Shown here piece by piece: positions 1 to 9,901 of a DNA stretch of 64,000 nucleotides. Position numbers and translations under genes: made by a program. Source of the stretch: an uncultured Alphaproteobacteria bacterium (GTDB lineage Bacteria > Pseudomonadota > Alphaproteobacteria > Rhizobiales > Xanthobacteraceae); assembly GCA_963726865.1 (NCBI GenBank), contig CAVSEE010000025.1, forward strand, positions 30,081 through 94,080. The letters are read 5' to 3'. Every line of letters starts with the position of its first letter. The first letter of the stretch is position 1. The notes under the pieces were generated by a model. The model did no database searches. It was not told the DNA's origin and saw nothing but the letters and a program-made list of their open reading frames with translations.

Positions 1-1653
1 AGCAAGATCGAGGGCATCAACGCCGACGCCATCATGACGGATGACCGCAAGCTGCGGATATCAGGCAATGCGCGCACCGGCGAGCATCCGCTGAAATTCG
101 ACGTCAAGGCGACGGCGCCGGTGCCGCCGCTGGAGCGGCAGAACATCCCGACCGAATTCAACATCGATGCGCCGGGCCTGCTGCCATCAGCGCTCACCGG
201 CAAGGCGGAGCTGCGGCTGAACGGAACGGTGATCCAGATCAACGGCCTCTCCGGCATGTTCGGTGACGGCGCCTTCAACGGCTGGGCCTCGGTCGACGTC
301 GCGAGCAAGCCGCTGGTCAAGCTCGATCTCGACTTCCACCGGCTGAGCGTCGCGATGGCGAAAGACGCGCCGAGTTCCGCGAAGGCGCCGTGGAGCAATG
401 CGACCATCAACCTCAACGGACTCAACTACGTCGACGCCCAGGCGCGCATCTCCGCCGCGCAGCTCAATCTCGGCGACACGCAATTCGCGCCGGCCGCGAT
501 CGAGGCCAATCTCGCGAGCGGCGTGCTGAAGCTGCGCGTCGCCAATCTCGGCACCTATGGCGGCCAGGCCAATGTCGACCTCACCGTCGATGCCTCCACG
601 GCGAGCCCCAGCTACACGCTGCAGAGCGATCTCGTCGGCGTGCGCGCGTTGCCGCTGCTGCAAAGCGCGGCCGATTTCGACAAGCTCGACGGCAAGATGC
701 AGGCCAAGATCGCCGTGCGCTCGACCGGCAACAGCCAGCGCGCGATCATGACCAACATGAGCGGCACGGTGTTCGTGCTGTTCCAGGATGGCCAGCTCCG
801 CGGGATGAACGTCGCGCAGATGATCCGCTCGCTGACCGCCTCGCCGCTCAACGGCTGGCAGGAGAACGGCCAGCAGGCCACCGACCTCAGCCAGCTCTCC
901 GCCTCCTTCAAGATCGACAAGGGCCAGGCCACGACCTACGACCTCAACCTGGTCGGCCCGCTGGTCAAGGTGACCGGCGTCGGCACCATCGACCTCGGCA
1001 CCAAGCAGATGGGTTTCCGCGTCGAGCCGAAACTGGTGATGACCACCGAAGGCCAGGGCCGCACCTCCGATCCCGTCGGCTTCGGCATTCCCGTCATCAT
1101 CGACGGGCCGTGGTCGGAGCCGCGGATCTATCCGGAGATGAGCGGCATCCTGGAGAACCCGGATCAGGCCTACGCCAAGCTGCGCGAGATGGGCAAAGGC
1201 CTGTTCGGCAAGGACGGCGCCGGCCTCACGCAGGCGCTCGGCGGCTTGCTCAGCGGCATCCAGCAGGGCGGCGCCTTGCCGGGTCTGCAGCAAGGCGGCG
1301 CGGCGCCGGGCCAGCAGCAGCAGAGCGGCGCAGCCCCCGGCGGCACGGCGCAGCCCAACGCGCTCGGCGGCGATCTCGGCGCGACCATCGGCAATTTGCT
1401 GCAGCAGGGCCTCAGTGGGCTCAACCAACCCGCACAACCGGGCCAGCCGCAGGCAGCTCCGGCCCAGCCGCAGCCGCAGGCCCAGACCGGCGCTCGCTCG
1501 CAGGGCCGCAGCATCCCGGCGCCTGACGCCAACCCGGCCCCGCTGCCGCAGGCGCAGACGGCCTCCCCGCCGCCGGCCGCCAGCGAGGCTGCCCCCGCCA
1601 CCACGGAAAGCCAGCCGATGAACGATGTGCTGCGGCAGCTCTTCAACCGCTGA
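1..1653 (+). CDS. AsmA family protein, C-terminal part (5' end outside window)
   Basis: Frame is open from base 1. Beta-strand-rich AsmA-like C-terminus (LVGPLVKVTGVGTIDL, GFGIPVIIDGPWSEPRIYP) followed by a Q/P/G-rich tail. Confidence 0.8.
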   Translation, partial: SKIEGINADAIMTDDRKLRISGNARTGEHPLKFDVKATAPVPPLERQNIPTEFNIDAPGLLPSALTGKAELRLNGTVIQINGLSGMFGDGAFNGWASVDVASKPLVKLDLDFHRLSVAMAKDAPSSAKAPWSNATINLNGLNYVDAQARISAAQLNLGDTQFAPAAIEANLASGVLKLRVANLGTYGGQANVDLTVDASTASPSYTLQSDLVGVRALPLLQSAADFDKLDGKMQAKIAVRSTGNSQRAIMTNMSGTVFVLFQDGQLRGMNVAQMIRSLTASPLNGWQENGQQATDLSQLSASFKIDKGQATTYDLNLVGPLVKVTGVGTIDLGTKQMGFRVEPKLVMTTEGQGRTSDPVGFGIPVIIDGPWSEPRIYPEMSGILENPDQAYAKLREMGKGLFGKDGAGLTQALGGLLSGIQQGGALPGLQQGGAAPGQQQQSGAAPGGTAQPNALGGDLGATIGNLLQQGLSGLNQPAQPGQPQAAPAQPQPQAQTGARSQGRSIPAPDANPAPLPQAQTASPPPAASEAAPATTESQPMNDVLRQLFNR

Positions 1654-1833
1654 ATGCCTGAGAATCCGGCCGAATTGCCCACAATCCGGGCTAACCATGC
1701 CGGGCAATAGCCGGCCTGTTCCCTCGATCTGTGCTAAAATTCGACAGGTGAGGCCGCTGCCCAATTGCAACCTGCGGCTCCCTTTCGATTGGCAGCCGAT
1801 GCGCGCGGTGTTGACGCCGCGCCCGAGGGTTTG

Positions 1834-4335
1834 ATGGACGCGGTCAAGGACAAGAGCTGGTTCATGCGCGGCGGCCTGTTCGCCAAGTATGTGATCTCGC
1901 TGGTCGGCCTCGTCGTGTTCGTGCTCGCCGTCAACGGGCTGATGGAAACCTGGATCGGCTATCGCGCCACCCGCACCACGCTGATCGACGGCATGGCCGA
2001 GAAGGCCGAGGCGACCTCGCGCCGCATCGAGCAGGCGATGAACGACCTCGACCGCCAGACCAGCTGGGTGACCCGTGCGAGCGCCACCAAGATGGACAGC
2101 GCCGGCAGGGTCGACAACGCCGCCACGCTGGAACAGCATCGCACCGACTACGTGCAGCTGCTCAACCAGGTGCCGTCGGTCAGCCAGATCTCCTTCATCT
2201 CCGCGCAGGGCCGCGAGGAGCTGCGGCTGTCGCGCACGGGCGGCATCTCCTACGGCAGCACCGTGGATTTCTCCCGCGACGTCCGCTTCACCGAAACGCT
2301 GGCGCGCGGCGCCACCAGTTTCTCGCAGGTCTATTTCCGCGACAACCGGCCCTTCATCTCGATGACCATGGCGCACACCGGCTACAGCGGCGCCGGCGTC
2401 GGCGTCAGCGTGGCCGAGATCGATCTGCGCTTCCTCTCCGACTATCTCGGCGACGCCCAGGTCGGCCGCAACACCATTGCCTATGTCGTCGATCCCCAGG
2501 GGCTGGTGATGGCGGCGTCCAGCAAGGGGCCGGACATCGACAAGGACCTCTCGGCGCTGACGCAGGTCGCAGCCGCGCTTGCCGGTTCGCGCCCGGCGAC
2601 CGGCACCGACTGGAACGGTCACGCCGTGCTGACCGCCTCCAGGGGCGTGCCGAACTTCAACTGGCAGGTGTTCTTCGAGCAGCCGACCGCGCAGGCGCTG
2701 ACGCCGATCCGCGACCAGCTGGTGCGCATTGCGCTGCTGATCGGCCTCGGCCTGTTCGTGGCGATGCTGGCGGGCACGGTGCTGGCGCGGCGCATGCTGA
2801 TCCCGATCACGGCGCTGTCGTCCGGCGCGCGGCTGCTCGGCGAAGGCAAGTTCGGCCATCGCATCGAGGTGAAGACCAAGGACGAGCTGGAAGAGCTCGC
2901 CGGGCAATTCAACAGCATGGCCTCGCAGCTGCAGGAGACCTACGCGGATCTCGAATGGAAGGTGAAGGAGCGCACCCGCGACCTCGCGCAATCCATCAAC
3001 GAGCTGAAGGTGCTGGAAGAGGTCGGCCGCGCGGTCGCCTCCTCGCTCGACCTCAACGCCGTGCTGCCGACGGTGGCCGCGCGCGCGGTGGAGATCACCC
3101 GCGCCGATGCGGTGCTGATCTACGCGTTCGACGCGGCAAACGACCGCTTCAACCTGACGGAGGCGATCGGCATCGATGGCAATGCCGAGGGCAGCCATCG
3201 CGCCATCGATCGCGAAGGCTCGACCCTGGGCGAAGCCGCACAGTCGGGCGAACCGATCGCGATCCCCAATCTGCACAAGGCCGGCGACATTCCGCTGCGC
3301 GATGTCGCTGTCAGCGCCGGCTTCCATTCGGTGCTGGTGGTGCCGCTGGTCGACCAGACCGGCGTGCTCGGCTCGCTGGTGGTGCTGCGCCGGAACGCCG
3401 GCGATTTCCCGCAGAACCTGATCGGCCTGATGAAGACCTTTGCGCACCAGGCGGTGCTGGCGATGCGCAATGCGCGGCTGTTCTCGGAAGTGAACCAGAA
3501 GAGCCGCGAGCTCGAGACCGCGCATTCCACGGTGCAGCAGCAGGCCACCAAGCTGCAGGAGCAGACCGACCAGCTCAAGGATTGGAACAAGTCGCTGGAG
3601 GATCGCGTCGAAACTCAATTGGGCGAGATCGAGCGCATCCGCAAGCTCGAGCGCTTCCTGGCGCCGCAGGTGGCGCAGCTGATCGCGTCCTCCGACGGCC
3701 ATGCGGGCCTGCTCGACAGCCACCGCCGCGAGGTCACGGTGGTGTTCTGCGACCTGCGCGGCTTCACGGCGTTCACCGAGCAGACCGAGCCGGAAGAGGC
3801 GATGAACGTGCTGCGCGAATATCACGCCGCGCTGGGCGAACTGATCTTCCGCTACGAGGGCACGCTCGACCGCTATGCCGGCGACGGCGTGATGATCCTG
3901 TTCAACGCGCCGATCCAGTTCGAGGATCACGTCAAGCGCGCGGTGAAGATGAGCGTCGAGATGCGCGACATCATCGGCGAGCTGACCCAGCGCTGGCGCA
4001 ACCGCGGCCACAATCTCGGCTTCGGCATCGGCATCGCGCTCGGCTACGCCACGCTCGGCCAGATCGGCTTCGAGCAGCGGCTGGAATATGCCGCCATCGG
4101 CAGCGTCACCAACCTCGCCTCGCGGCTGTGCGACGAGGCCAAGGCCGGCCAGATCGTGGTCAGCCGCCGCGTCTACGGCATGGTCGAGCAATGGGTCGAG
4201 GGCCGGCCGATCGACGACCTCAACCTCAAGGGCTTCAATCACCCGGTGCTGGCCGCCGAGATCGTGAGCTGGCGCGGCGAGGTCGACAACGTGGTGGATG
4301 CGTCCGCCGCGGCGGCGAAGCGACGGAAGAAGTAG
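1834..4335 (+). CDS. Membrane class III adenylate/guanylate cyclase (TM-Cache-TM-HAMP-GAF-cyclase)
   Basis: VVFCDLRGFT, YAGDGVM and IGSVTNLASRL cyclase motifs; HAMP motif DELEELAGQFNSM; GAF-like LVVPLV; two hydrophobic segments. Confidence 0.9.
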   Translation: MDAVKDKSWFMRGGLFAKYVISLVGLVVFVLAVNGLMETWIGYRATRTTLIDGMAEKAEATSRRIEQAMNDLDRQTSWVTRASATKMDSAGRVDNAATLEQHRTDYVQLLNQVPSVSQISFISAQGREELRLSRTGGISYGSTVDFSRDVRFTETLARGATSFSQVYFRDNRPFISMTMAHTGYSGAGVGVSVAEIDLRFLSDYLGDAQVGRNTIAYVVDPQGLVMAASSKGPDIDKDLSALTQVAAALAGSRPATGTDWNGHAVLTASRGVPNFNWQVFFEQPTAQALTPIRDQLVRIALLIGLGLFVAMLAGTVLARRMLIPITALSSGARLLGEGKFGHRIEVKTKDELEELAGQFNSMASQLQETYADLEWKVKERTRDLAQSINELKVLEEVGRAVASSLDLNAVLPTVAARAVEITRADAVLIYAFDAANDRFNLTEAIGIDGNAEGSHRAIDREGSTLGEAAQSGEPIAIPNLHKAGDIPLRDVAVSAGFHSVLVVPLVDQTGVLGSLVVLRRNAGDFPQNLIGLMKTFAHQAVLAMRNARLFSEVNQKSRELETAHSTVQQQATKLQEQTDQLKDWNKSLEDRVETQLGEIERIRKLERFLAPQVAQLIASSDGHAGLLDSHRREVTVVFCDLRGFTAFTEQTEPEEAMNVLREYHAALGELIFRYEGTLDRYAGDGVMILFNAPIQFEDHVKRAVKMSVEMRDIIGELTQRWRNRGHNLGFGIGIALGYATLGQIGFEQRLEYAAIGSVTNLASRLCDEAKAGQIVVSRRVYGMVEQWVEGRPIDDLNLKGFNHPVLAAEIVSWRGEVDNVVDASAAAAKRRKK

Positions 4336-4545
4336 CGCGCCGGCGCCACGCACTCGATGTCTCGGACGGCGGCACGACCCAAAACATCGAAAACAACCCC
4401 ATGCAAAGTAGCCGACGGGTCCGCTGATTCCCGACCGGCGGATACCTTCGACACAGTGGAGGGCGCTGCGTCGGATCGTCACCCGAAGCAATGCCCGTTG
4501 CAGCCTGCCCGGATCATATGTAGGCTAACGATCGGAGGCACTCCC

Positions 4546-4698
4546 ATGACGTTCTATGTCCGGGCCCGGGACGCCGCGGGCTACATCACGCTTCGACGGG
4601 ACACCAAGGAAGCGGCCGAGAAGAAGGCCGAGGAACTGCGGCAGTCGGGCTATTTCGACATCGAGATTGTCGAGAACGCCGAGCCCGAGGCCGCGTAA
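4546..4698 (+). CDS. Small hypothetical protein (50 aa)
   Basis: GGAGG RBS upstream of the ATG at 4546; host-like codon usage; MTFYVRARDAAGYITLRRDT. Confidence 0.65.
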   Translation: MTFYVRARDAAGYITLRRDTKEAAEKKAEELRQSGYFDIEIVENAEPEAA

Positions 4699-4757
4699 CG
4701 CGCGCTGCGCACGAGCGGCACCCCGCGATTCCGGACAGGAACCATCGGAGGTGTGAG

Positions 4758-5240
4758 GTGAGCGTCGCCTTTACCAAGGAAGAGAGTGCCGAAACCGCAG
4801 CCGAAACCCTGCTGCCGGATCGCCCGATTTCGCCGCATCCCAACCTGGTCACCGAGCAGGGTGCAAAACTTCTGGAGCGCCAGCTTGCCGAGGCGCGTGC
4901 CGCCTATGAAGCGGCGCAGAGCACCGAGGACGTCAACGAAAAGCGGCGGCTGTCGGCAATTCCGCTGCGCGACATCAGATACTTTTCCGAGCGGCTGCGA
5001 ACGGCGCAGGTCCAGGCCGCGCCCTCGTCGGCGGATGTCGTCGCCTTCGGCAGCACCGTGACGTTCAGCCGGGCGGATGGACGCGTGCAGACGTTCCGCA
5101 TTGTCGGCGAAGACGAGGCCGATCCGAAGGCCGGCTCGATCTCGTTCGCTTCTCCCGTCGCGAGATCGCTGATGGGCAAGGCGGTGGGCGACGCCGCGGG
5201 CGCCGGCAGCAACGAGCTCGAGATTATCGCCATCGCCTGA
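4758..5240 (+). CDS. GreA/GreB-family elongation factor-like protein
   Basis: C-terminal Gre domain (VAFGSTVT, FRIVGEDEADP, ISFASPVARSLMGK). Lacks the DLSEN acidic tip. Confidence 0.8.
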   Translation: MSVAFTKEESAETAAETLLPDRPISPHPNLVTEQGAKLLERQLAEARAAYEAAQSTEDVNEKRRLSAIPLRDIRYFSERLRTAQVQAAPSSADVVAFGSTVTFSRADGRVQTFRIVGEDEADPKAGSISFASPVARSLMGKAVGDAAGAGSNELEIIAIA

Positions 5241-5312
5241 AGCCCTCGTCGTGCCCGGGCTTGCCGCCGAACCCGGCCTGGTGTTGCATGAAGCAAACCG
5301 GGGAGGCTGGCG

Positions 5313-6287
5313 GTGGCTGGAGTTTGGAGAGCTGCGATCTTCGCCCTGATGGTCGCAGCCGGCGTTGGGGATGCGCGGGCCGAGGACTATCCCACGAGGA
5401 CGGTGACGATCATCGTGCCGTTTGCCGCCGGCGGGCCCGCCGACATCACCGGCCGGATCGTCGCCGACATTTTTTCCCGGCATCTCGGCCAGAAATTCGT
5501 GGTCGAGAACGCCGTCGGCGCCGGGGGCACGACCGGAGCCCTTCGCGCCGCGAAGGCGCCCGCGGACGGCTACACGCTGCTGTCGGGCCATCTCGGCACC
5601 AACGCGCTGGCACCGGCGTTCTATCCCAATCTCGGCTATGACCCGCAAAAGGACTTTGCGCCGATCGGCCTTTCCGCCGAATACCCGGAAGTGCTGGCGG
5701 TGCGCAAAGATTTTCCGGCCAGCAATTTCAAGGAATTCATCGCCTACGCCAAGGCCAATCCGGACAAGCTCAATGTCGGACATGCGGGCCTCGGCTCAGT
5801 GTCCTATGTCGGCTGCCTGCTGCTGCACTCGGCGCTCGGCATCAAGCCGACCATGGTGCCGTTCACCGGCACCGGGCCCGTGCTCAACGCCATGCTCACC
5901 GGCCAGATCGATTATGAATGCGACCCGGTGCTGGGAACGTTCGGTCAGGTCCAGGCGGGCAACATCAGGGTGCTGGCGGTGGCGGCGAAAAAACGCAGCC
6001 CGCTGCTGCCGGATGTGCCGACCTCGTATGAGCAGGGCTTGCCGGAATTCGACTGCGCACCGTTCTATGCGGTGTTCGCGCCGGCCGGGACGCCGCAGGC
6101 CATCGTCGACAAGCTGTCGGAAGCCCTCACCAAGGGTCTCAATGAAGAGGCCGTGCAAAAGCGCCTTGCCGAGCTCGGCGCCGACAGCATCGAGCCGGCT
6201 CGCCGCGGACCGAAGGCGCTGGCGGAGCTGGTGAAGAGCGAGGCGGCGCGGTTGCTGCCGATCCTGAAAGCGGCGAGCGAGAAATAG
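5313..6287 (+). CDS. Bug/TctC tripartite tricarboxylate transporter substrate-binding protein
   Basis: Signal peptide; YPTRTVTIIVPFAAGGPAD, VVEN..GAGG and APADGYTLL motifs. Confidence 0.9.
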   Translation: MAGVWRAAIFALMVAAGVGDARAEDYPTRTVTIIVPFAAGGPADITGRIVADIFSRHLGQKFVVENAVGAGGTTGALRAAKAPADGYTLLSGHLGTNALAPAFYPNLGYDPQKDFAPIGLSAEYPEVLAVRKDFPASNFKEFIAYAKANPDKLNVGHAGLGSVSYVGCLLLHSALGIKPTMVPFTGTGPVLNAMLTGQIDYECDPVLGTFGQVQAGNIRVLAVAAKKRSPLLPDVPTSYEQGLPEFDCAPFYAVFAPAGTPQAIVDKLSEALTKGLNEEAVQKRLAELGADSIEPARRGPKALAELVKSEAARLLPILKAASEK

Positions 6288-6302
6288 CGCGGCATCGGGG
6301 AT

Positions 6303-6428
6303 CACCTCTCCCTTTGGGGAGGTCGGAACGCATCGCGAGATGCGTTCCGGGTGAGGGGTTACGCTCTATCGTGGGACCTGACCCACCCGATTTGCTGCGC
6401 AAATCGACCTCTCCCGAGGGGAGAGGTG
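6303..6428. repeat. Intergenic palindromic REP/MITE-like element
   Basis: CACCTCTCCC...GGGAGAGGTG ends with internal hairpins; related copy at 29626-29765. Confidence 0.7.
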
Positions 6429-6467
6429 GACCGAGTGCGCGGAGACAGGTTCGACTAGCCGACGCGC

Positions 6468-7297
6468 TCATGACCCGGCGCGTCGGCACGACTGGCGCCG
6501 GCCCTGAGGGCGGCACGTCGAGGCGCACGGCGATGCCCTCCAGTTCGGGGCTTGGCGCGGGATAGAGCTTCATCACCAGCGGATCATGACCCGGGATGAT
6601 GTGACTCTCGTCCGGGGCAACGGCAAGCAGCCGATCAAATCCTTCCAGCATCTCGCCGATGTGAAACGCCGTCGTGAACGGACGCTGGCTTGCCATGTTC
6701 TCGTAGAAATGGCTGACGTCGGACGCCAGCACGACAAATCCGCGGGCAGTTCGCACGCGCACGAATTGCAGGCCGGCCGAATGGCCGCCCGCCGCGTGAA
6801 TGCTGATGCCGGGCGCGAGTTCGGCGTCGCCGTCATAGAACAGGACTCGGCGCGCATAGTTCAGCCGCACGATGCCGCAGACGTCTTCGACCTCGAAGGA
6901 ATGCGCCAGCCGGGGGTAACGCATGTATTTTCCGGTCGCGTAGGCGAGTTCACGCTCCTGGAGATGAAATCGCGCGCGGGGAAAGCGGTCGAAGTTGCCG
7001 ACATGGTCGTAGTGCAGATGCGTGAGGATGACGTCCTCGATGGCGTTCGGATCGACGCCGAGCAACGGCAGCGTCTCGACCGGACAGCGCAGGAACGTCC
7101 GCTTCCGCCGCTGCCGCCACGTCCGCCTTGAAGCCGGTGTCGATGACGAAGGTTCGCCCGCCTCCCCGTGCCACCCAGACGAAATAGTCCATCGGCATCG
7201 GGCCGTCGTGCGGATCGCCGCCGATGAAGTGATCGCTGCGGCGCGCCTCGCGGGTGGCGTAGCGAATTGCAAACAGCTCGTACTGCGGCTCGGTCAT
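6468..7297 (-). CDS. N-acyl homoserine lactonase-family metallo-beta-lactamase (frameshift ~7115; 3' end approximate)
   Basis: VIDTG, THLHYDH (HxHxDH), GGHSAG, LASD and IIPGHDP motifs across the joined ORFs 6950-7297 and 6139-7272. Confidence 0.8.
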
Positions 7298-7502
7298 GAT
7301 TTCCGTCGCGCCCCTTCGTTGTGCTGGGCGTACTGTGCCATTCCTGAACGCGGACGCGGCTGCGGCGCGTCAACATCGTGGCGCTTTTGTGCAACCTGTG
7401 CCCCGCCGGCCACAGCCCTATCCAAATCGGCCGTCACGACCACACGACGACACAGAGCTGCCCCGTTTGCGCACCCGACTGCGGCAAACGAAGGGGCAGA
7501 CC

Positions 7503-7985
7503 ATGTCTCGATTCCTAGGACTTGCCGTGATCATCGCCGGTGCCGCGACGCTCGCAGGCTGCGGGCAGTCGCCGTTCCGCGCGCAGCATTCCGACTTACG
7601 CAGCTCGACGACGCGACAGGTCGCGATCGAGCAGCCGCGCCGGCCGGTGGCGGTTGCTTCCGTCGTGCGCCGCACGCCCGCGCCAGAAGCTGGCGAGAGC
7701 AGCGGCAAGTCGCACGGCATCGCGAGCTTCTATTCGGAAGGCAACAGGACCGCGAGCGGCGAAAAGTTCAATCCCGGCGAACTGACCGCCGCGCATCCGA
7801 CGCTGCCGTTCGGCACCAAGCTGCGCGTCACCAATCAGCAGACCGGCCGGTCGGTGACGGTACGCGTCAATGACCGCGGCCCCTATGTGCCCGGTCGCGT
7901 CGTGGATGTGTCCTACTCCGCGGCGCAGGAGCTCGGCATGGTCGGCAGGGGCGTGGCTCCGGTGAAGCTCGACGTCGTGCAGTAA
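7503..7985 (+). CDS. rlpA: Septal ring lytic transglycosylase RlpA family lipoprotein
   Basis: Lipobox LAGC; [22 protein letters not shown] and VRVNDRGP motifs. Confidence 0.88.
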   Translation: MSRFLGLAVIIAGAATLAGCGQSPFRAQHSDLRSSTTRQVAIEQPRRPVAVASVVRRTPAPEAGESSGKSHGIASFYSEGNRTASGEKFNPGELTAAHPTLPFGTKLRVTNQQTGRSVTVRVNDRGPYVPGRVVDVSYSAAQELGMVGRGVAPVKLDVVQ

Positions 7986-7992
7986 GCCGCGG

Positions 7993-8313
7993 TCACGCGG
8001 CGACGGCACGAATTTCGAGATGCACGCCGGTCTCCTGCTGTAATGCGCTGATAACACCCAGCAGGTTTTCCGCAGTCGGATTTCCCTCGGGACCAAACAT
8101 ACGCATCAGGCTCTTCTGCGGACGGCCGAGCACCTTGCCGAGGCGATCAAAGCCGATAGTCGCGTTGATGTAGGCGCGCAGCGCGGCGCGTCCGTCGTCG
8201 ACGTCTCCCTGTAGCAAGGCCGTTACAGCCTCCTGGAACAGCGCCTTGCGAAAGGCAGGTTCGCGTTGCGCCCGGGCGCGCACTGTATCGCGAAAGTTTC
8301 GGGTCAATGGCAT
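7993..8313 (-). CDS. Addiction module antidote / HTH antitoxin (HigA/HI1420-like)
   Basis: MPLTRNFRDTV..., SLMRMFGPEGNPT HTH region; directly downstream of a RelE-like toxin. Confidence 0.8.
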   Translation of the reverse strand: MPLTRNFRDTVRARAQREPAFRKALFQEAVTALLQGDVDDGRAALRAYINATIGFDRLGKVLGRPQKSLMRMFGPEGNPTAENLLGVISALQQETGVHLEIRAVAA

Positions 8314-8328
8314 CGTGTCATCCTGCTG

Positions 8329-8646
8329 CTATCGCCTGCGCTTCTTGTAATCTCGCCAATGCCGAAGCGCCGCGTCGATATCCCTTTGCTGCTTCCGCTT
8401 GGTGCCGCCACCAAGCAGGATCACCAGCATCTTTCCATCCCAACCGAAATAGACCCGATAGCCCGGACCTCGATTGATCTTCAGTTCGCCGGCGCCCTCG
8501 CCGATCGACTTTACGTTCGAAGTGTTGCCTTCGCTCAGCCGTTCGATAGCGACGGTCACGATGGCGGCTGCCTGCTCGTCCAACTCTTCGAACCATCGCC
8601 GGAATGGGTTGGTACCGTCGGACTCGTATTCCTCAATCCGGATCAT
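8329..8646 (-). CDS. RelE/ParE-superfamily toxin (HigB/HI1419-like)
   Basis: PFRRWF, GELKINRGPGYRVYF and ILLGGGTKRKQQRDI motifs. Confidence 0.88.
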   Translation of the reverse strand: MIRIEEYESDGTNPFRRWFEELDEQAAAIVTVAIERLSEGNTSNVKSIGEGAGELKINRGPGYRVYFGWDGKMLVILLGGGTKRKQQRDIDAALRHWRDYKKRRR

Positions 8647-8649
8647 ATA

Positions 8650-8665
8650 GTACCATGTATGTTAC
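8650..8665. promoter_or_regulatory. Putative toxin-antitoxin autoregulatory operator
   Basis: Imperfect palindrome GTACCATGTATGTTAC, 3 bp upstream of the toxin ATG. Confidence 0.5.
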
Positions 8666-8726
8666 CAATATGCAACGACGAAAATACTGCGTCCTCGCAA
8701 GGATCTTCCTGGTGCAGTGACGCTCC

Positions 8727-9724
8727 CTACTCCGGCTTGATCCCCGCCGCCTTCATGATCGGCAGCAGCCGCTTCTCCTCCTTGTCGCGATAGGCGCGCG
8801 GCCTCGTCGGGCGAGGTCGGCCAGACCGTGGCGCCGAGTTCGCCGTAGCGCTTCTTGACGACGTCGTCGGCGAGCGCCTTCACGGTCAGCGCGTTGGCAC
8901 GCTCGATGACGTCGCCGCGCAGGCCGGCGGGACCGATCATGATGGTCCATGACGTCATCTCGTAGCCGGGCAGGATTTCCGCCATCGCCGGCACATCGGG
9001 CAGCTCGGGAATGCGCTTGGCCGCGGTGACCGCGATGGGGCGGATCAGGCCGGCCTGCACCGACGGCAGCGAGCCCGGCAGGTTGTCGAACAGCATGTCG
9101 ACGCGGCCGCCCATGAGGTCGTTGAGCGCCGGGCCCGGCGCCCTTGTAGGGCACATGCATGACCTCGACGCCGGCCATGCTGTTCATCATCTCGCCGCTC
9201 AGATGCAGCGTGGTGCCGAAGCCGGCGGAGGCATAGGTGTATTTCTTCGGATCCTTCTTGAAGGCGGCGAGCAGCTCCTTGATGTCCTGGGAGAACAGGT
9301 CCTTGCGGCCGACCAGGATGTTCGGCAATTGCCACATGCCGGAGATGAAGGTGAAGTCGCGCACGGGATCGTAGGGCATCTTGGCGTAGGTACCCATCGC
9401 CAGCACGTTGGAGGCGATGCCGCCGAGGCCGAGCGTGTAGCCGTCGGGCGCCGACTTCGCCACCGCATCGCCGCCGAGCATGCCGCCGGCGCCGGCCTTG
9501 TTCTCGACCACGAAGGATTGTCCCGAAATCTCGCTCATGCGCTGGCACAGGATGCGCGACAGCACGTCGGTGGCGCCGCCGGCCGGGAAGGCGTTGACAT
9601 AGCGCACCGCGCGCGCCGGCCAGTAGGCTTCCTGCGCGAGGCTCGTCGATGGAACGACGAAAGGCGCGGCAGCCGCGCCACCTGCGAGCGAGAACAACTG
9701 GCGGCGATTGATGGGCGCAGGCAT
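8727..9724 (-). CDS. Bug/TctC substrate-binding protein with Tat-like signal (frameshifts ~9140 and ~8795)
   Basis: INRRQL signal; FPAGGATDVLSR, VENKAGAGG, APDGYTL, HVPYKG; ends AAGIKPE. Confidence 0.85.
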
Positions 9725-9901
9725 CGGCATCCTCCCGGGATGGTGTGACGTGGCGTGCCGTTTCTTGTTGTTGCCGGGATTGAAGCGGCGGATGCGCGTC
9801 CGGTCAACCGGGATTGCCGCGGCGCGATGTAGCGCCTGTTGCGCCACACGGAAAAAGCCGCCAGCATCCCGGCAAAAGAACGCATCAAGGGAAGCGCCAC
9901 A

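Noticed and set aside
187-4491. 1434-aa minus-strand ORF and other long antisense ORFs (20184-22061, 32673-34514, 54634-56553)
   Set aside because: These are shadow frames of real high-GC genes on the opposite strand and show no recognisable motifs.
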